64,000 nucleotides of DNA from Candidatus Aminicenantes bacterium (GTDB taxonomy: Bacteria; Acidobacteriota; Aminicenantia; Aminicenantales; Saccharicenantaceae): positions 36,775-100,774 of the forward strand of contig CAWJKR010000013.1 of NCBI GenBank assembly GCA_963843505.1, read 5' to 3'. Under the pieces are notes generated by a model. It saw nothing but the letters and a program-made list of their open reading frames with translations. It ran no database searches and was not told the origin of the DNA. The position numbers were made by a program, and so were the translations under genes. This document shows positions 60,429 through 64,000 of this stretch, one piece after another (the stretch's first letter is position 1; every line of letters starts with the position of its first letter).

Positions 60429-62626
60429 TCAGGGCGTGATGACGAGCGGTCTCATCATGTCGTGCTCTTCGTGCTCGAGGATATGGCAGTGCCAGACGTA
60501 TTCGAGGCCGCCCGTCCTGGGACTGGCGGGGATCGCCGGGACGTTCGGAGGATTCGCGGAGAGGTCGAATTTCATGATGACGGTCGTCACCTCGGCCGGG
60601 ATTCGTCCGGACGGTCTCCTTGAAGCCGAGCTCGTTGAGGTCGGGAGCGATCGGGTCGGCCATCGGATTGACCGTAAAAGTCCCGTCGAACCCCTCCGTC
60701 TGGATCGCCTGACGGTAGAGGATCTGGACGTTGCACAGATGGAAGTGGATGGGATGCGTGTCGGCCGAGAGGTTGGCGATCTGCCAGACCTCGACCGATG
60801 CCCGCCTGCACGACTTCGGTCGGCGGTGTCCAGATAGGTCCTGCCGAAGAACCCGCTGCTTCGCTCCCGGCGCCTCCGTATCGGAACCCAAGGAACTGGG
60901 CCAGCCGCCCGTACTCGTCGAAGCCTTCGTTCAGCGGTCAGGGTGCGGACATTGGCCACGGGGTAGGTCACGCCGCCCACGGTGACCGATCGCCGGAATG
61001 GGCGTCGGCACGCCCGGCGTCTGGGCGACCAGGAGAGGGTCGCTCAGGTTGGCGATGCCGGTGTTGATCGTCGCCGGCAGCGGCGTGACGGCCGTCGTCG
61101 GGCTCTTGACGCGGACCTTGAGCAAGGTCCTGGAATCGGGCCCGTAGCCGGCCCGGGTCCACGGGGTCAGGCTGTTGTTCGGAGTAAAAATCGAAGGTCC
61201 CGTCCCCGCCCGGGAAGGGGCCCGGCGCGTCGTTGTAGAGGATGAACTCTGTTCCCGGCGGCGATGCCGCGAGAAGTCGACCAGAAGATCGGCCCTCTCG
61301 GCGGGCGCCAGGAGCAGCTGTGATCCGGCCATCCCGGTCAACGGGACCGCCTGGGGCAGATAGCCGCCCTCGGTCCCGATCTGGAGGAAACCGGGGCCCA
61401 AGGGCCGATACGAGCGGGCTCGTCGTTGTTGGGGAAAGCCGCTTCCCGCGCGTCGCCACGAGCCGGGGATTGAGGAACCGCGAGCTGCAGGCGTTGAGCA
61501 TCCGGACCCGGATGGGCCGGGCCTCGACCTCGAGCAGGGGGTAGGCCGTGCCGTTGACCAGGATCGTGTCGCCGAAGAACTCCGGGACGCAGGACGGCAC
61601 GGGCGGCGGGCTCAGGAGCGTCCGCTCCGAACGACGGGGTTCCGGCCGGCCCGAACAAGGTCGTGATCGTACTTGTAAGCGTAGAACAGATCGCCCGGGA
61701 CCGGCGTTGGCGCCGTAGTCTGCGGGCGGCCCGTCCGGGTCCGAAGAAGATCTTGTCCTGGAAAACGAGATAGAAGTAATTGACGTTGATGCTGCCCAAG
61801 TCGAGGGACGACGGAACCCCGGGATTGGCGGCGTCGAAGGCGGCTTCGGCCGCGGGATCGACGAGCACGTAGGCCGATGGCGAGCCCGGCATAGGCGTTC
61901 GTCCGGGTGATCCCCCAGGCGTGGTCGTGGTACCACATGAACCGGGCGCTCTGGTCGTTGGGGTAGAAGTATTCGGCCTGCCCCGGCGTGGCCGCCGGGA
62001 TTAAGGACGGTGTTGTTGAGGAAGCTCGTCCCCATCACGCCGTCGGGGGCCCACCAGTCGTGCGGGCCGCCGTCGCTGATCCAGGGGACGTGCCCGCCAT
62101 GGAGATGGATGGCCGTGCGGTCCGATCTCTGCGCCTGCGGCTGCGGGAGCGTCGCGTCGTTGGGCATGATCTGAGCGGCGGGGAGATGGTTGTTGAAGGT
62201 GATCTGAACGGGGACGTTCCTCTGGGCGATGATCAGGCCGCCGAGGTGCTTGAAGCTCGTTCCCTGGCCGTAGCCGAAGAGCTTGGTTCCCGCGAATCCC
62301 GAGACGAAGGCCGGCTTTCCCGGGGTCACGAAATCGGAGTGGAGAACATCGTTATAGGGCCCGATGTTGACCGTGTAGTGTTGGACACCCGTGACAGGGG
62401 CGGCGAAAGAGTCCGCCTGGGCCACGGGGATCCCGATCCCGCCGATGCCCCTCATCAGATCGACGTATTTCCTCAGGCGGGGGCTGGTGACCCCGTAGGG
62501 CCCTTCGGCCAGTGCGCCCGTCGACCGGTACGAGCATCCCCATTGCAGGGCCGCCATGGCTCCGACGGTGGCCGAGTATTGGAGAAACAGCCGCCTGGAG
62601 CACCCGTTTCCAGTCTTCTTGTGCAT
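60429..62626 (-). pseudogene. TAT-exported multicopper oxidase (MCO-2), paralog of MCO-1 without the FN3 tail; about 6 apparent frameshifts
   Basis: GGAGGAGGA upstream. Twin-arginine signal CSRRLFLQYSATVGAMAAL. Motifs: GLIIAQRNVPVQITFNNHLP, AIHLHGGHVPWISDGGPHDWW, MWYHDHAWGITR, HPIHFHLCNVQ, YVWHCHILEHEEHDMM. First gene of an MCO-2 / cusB / cusA operon. Confidence 0.8.
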
Positions 62627-62658
62627 TCCTCCTCCTTGCCCCGCTTGTTCGGCGGACC

Positions 62659-62686
62659 ATATGCCGCCGCCTTACGGCAGGCATAT
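62659..62686. promoter_or_regulatory. inverted repeat ATATGCC-N14-GGCATAT in the divergent intergenic region (candidate operator)
   Basis: Perfect 7-bp arms at 62659-62665 and 62680-62686, 33-60 nt upstream of the MCO-2 start (62626) and 75 nt upstream of the methyltransferase start (62761). Confidence 0.35.
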
Positions 62687-62760
62687 CCAAGATTCATGCC
62701 AAAACCGCCGGCGAACGGGAGTCTTGTGGATGGCACGTTTCTTGGGTTATCCTTGGCGAT

Positions 62761-63349
62761 ATGCACGAACCCCTTTGCCCCGCCTGGCTGTCCTTCACGC
62801 TGACGAACGTCTTCCGGAGGATGGCCCACGATCCGGCCCGCATCCTGGGCCCTTTCGTCCGGGAGGGCGGCCACGGTCCTCGACATCGGCTGCGGCCCCG
62901 GCTTCTTCACGGTCCCCATGGCCCGGTTGGTCGGCGCAGGCGGCCTTGTCGTCGCCGTCGACATCCAGCCGAAAATGCTCGAGAAGACGAGGCGGCGGGC
63001 GGAGAGGGCCGGGGTCGCGGGCCGGGTCCGGCTTCACCTCGCCGAGAAGGACAGCCTGGGCTTAAAGGAAAAGGCGGATTTCGCGCTGGCCTTCTGGATG
63101 GCCCACGAGGTCGACGACCTGAGGCGGTTCTTCGGCGAGGTCCTGGAGGCGCTGAAGCCGGGCGGCCTGCTGCTCCTCGTCGAACCCCTGGGGCACGTCG
63201 GGCCGCGGAGATTCGAGGAGATCGTCGCGGCCGCCGTGAGCGCGGGCTTCGAAGCGGGGGAGGCCGTCGCCGTCCGGCTCAGCCGGGCGGTCGTTCTCAG
63301 GCCGGCGGCTGCTCCCAGATCCCCTTCAGCAGGGGATACTGGGTCTTGA
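62761..63349 (+). CDS. class I SAM-dependent methyltransferase, one apparent frameshift
   Basis: MHEPLCPAWLSFTLTNVFRRMAHDPARILGPFVREGG, then a frame change near 62870 into VLDIGCGPGFFTVPMARLVGAGGLVVAVDIQPKMLE (motif I), ...PGGLLLLVEP. Confidence 0.7.
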
Positions 63350-64000
63350 AGCCCAGGATGGCCAGATAAAGCCCGTAGTCGGGATAGTTCCGCCGCAGCT
63401 CCCTCAGGTTCTCCATCGGATCGTACGGCGTCCCCTCGGGGATCTCATGGCCGACGCACTCCGAGAGCAGATGGAGCTTCTTCGACATCCAGGCGTCGAG
63501 GGTGACCGGCAGCCGGAAGGGCTCGAGGCCGGCCAGCCGGTCGTCGCGCCCGATGATGGGCTGGGTGATGATGAAGGACGCTCCGGCGCCCGCCTTCCGT
63601 TTCATCTTCTCGATCTCGGCGTCCTGCGGCTCGTAGGGATTGAAGGCGACGCCGCAGGTGAACCGGCCGGGATGTTCCCGGTCGATGTAGCGGAGGAGCT
63701 CGACCGACGTCACGGTCGTGGCCTCGATCCCGATCTCCGCCGGCTCGAGGCGATGGAGCCGCTGGCTGCCGTCGCCGGAGACGACGAGAAGATGCCGGCC
63801 GCCCGCGGCCGCGAAGGCGCCGAGGATCTCGTCGAGCTCTTTCCGGGGGTGGAACGTGTTGAGATGGACCATGAGCTGGTCCGGGATGGACGGGCAGGCC
63901 GAGGAGGTCGATCGTCTCCATGGCCCCGTAGCTCAGAAGGCCCATGGGATTGTCGGTGATGCAGACGATCCAGCCCGCCTCGATGACCTTGCGGTACTTG
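63297..64000 (-). CDS. methylenetetrahydrofolate reductase (MetF)-like protein, C-terminal part; one apparent frameshift; runs off the right edge
   Basis: ...KVIEAGWIVCITDNPMGLLSYGAMETIDLLG, then a frame change near 63880 into MVHLNTFHPRKELDEILGAFAAAGGRHLLVVSGDGS...FTCGVAFNPYEP...ASFIITQPIIG. Confidence 0.55.

Noticed and set aside
9146-62626. Programmed ribosomal frameshifting, or translational recoding, as the explanation for the frame changes.
   Set aside because: There are far too many events per gene, up to about 10. They occur in unrelated gene families, I saw no recurring slippery heptamer plus downstream structure, and most of the junctions I inspected sit in simple homopolymers. Sequencing or assembly error, or pseudogenisation, fits better.
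62731-62745. Sigma-54-like element TGGCACG-N4-TTGG upstream of the methyltransferase gene. A weaker TGGCAC-N5-CTGT sits at about 15858-15873.
   Set aside because: The invariant -12 GC is GG (or absent). The first site would put the transcription start ~5 nt from the ATG with no room for an RBS. No enhancer-binding-protein gene is nearby.
1-64000. Mobile elements, prophage, CRISPR arrays, toxin-antitoxin pairs or defence islands.
   Set aside because: Reading both strands, I found no transposase, integrase or recombinase motifs, no terminal inverted repeats, no regularly spaced direct-repeat arrays, and no recognisable defence-system signature proteins. The only compositional anomaly is the short AT-rich regulatory spacer at 45.1-45.3 kb.

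Overview
This is a 64 kb, visibly high-GC window from a diderm bacterium. It reads like a draft or metagenome-assembled contig; any phylum guess would be low confidence. I found no rRNA, tRNA, CRISPR array, transposase, integrase or phage genes.

Gene content, left to right:
- An envelope-biogenesis block: YihY-like, TamB-like and Omp85/BamA-like genes, with an AsmA-family gene further on.
- Several secreted hydrolases: an Ntn-hydrolase, an M28 peptidase, a class-C-type serine hydrolase, an S9 peptidase, a large glycoside-hydrolase-like protein and a SPOR-NlpC/P60 lipoprotein.
- TspO.
- A small-membrane-protein / C39-TPR cluster.
- A membrane-anchored molybdoenzyme.
- An atypical heme-copper-oxidase operon.
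- A tandem-duplicated UvrA2-like ATPase.
- An ECF sigma / anti-sigma pair.
- An ABC-2 exporter next to an OmpR/HisKA two-component system.
- A roughly 17 kb copper-themed island at 45.3-62.7 kb. It holds two giant multicopper oxidases, a FixH/YtkA-like protein, a NosL-like protein coupled to a MacB/FtsX-type ABC system plus a Cys-motif membrane protein, and CusBA.

The most interesting loci:
1. A gNOR-like heme-copper enzyme. Its helix-VI metal-ligand His and the residue four positions downstream are both Asp, and its cupredoxin subunit has lost every His/Cys CuA ligand. An FGE/NirV-like giant protein follows it in the same operon.
2. The NosL / small bitopic protein / FtsX permease / ATPase / Cys-motif membrane protein cassette.

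Major caveat: dozens of apparent 1-nt frame changes break many large genes, while about 20 kb of other genes are perfectly intact. At the junctions I inspected by eye, most of the shifts fall in short homopolymer runs, so many are probably consensus errors. Real pseudogenisation cannot be excluded from this sequence alone. All family assignments come from motifs I recognise by reading the translations. No database search was run.
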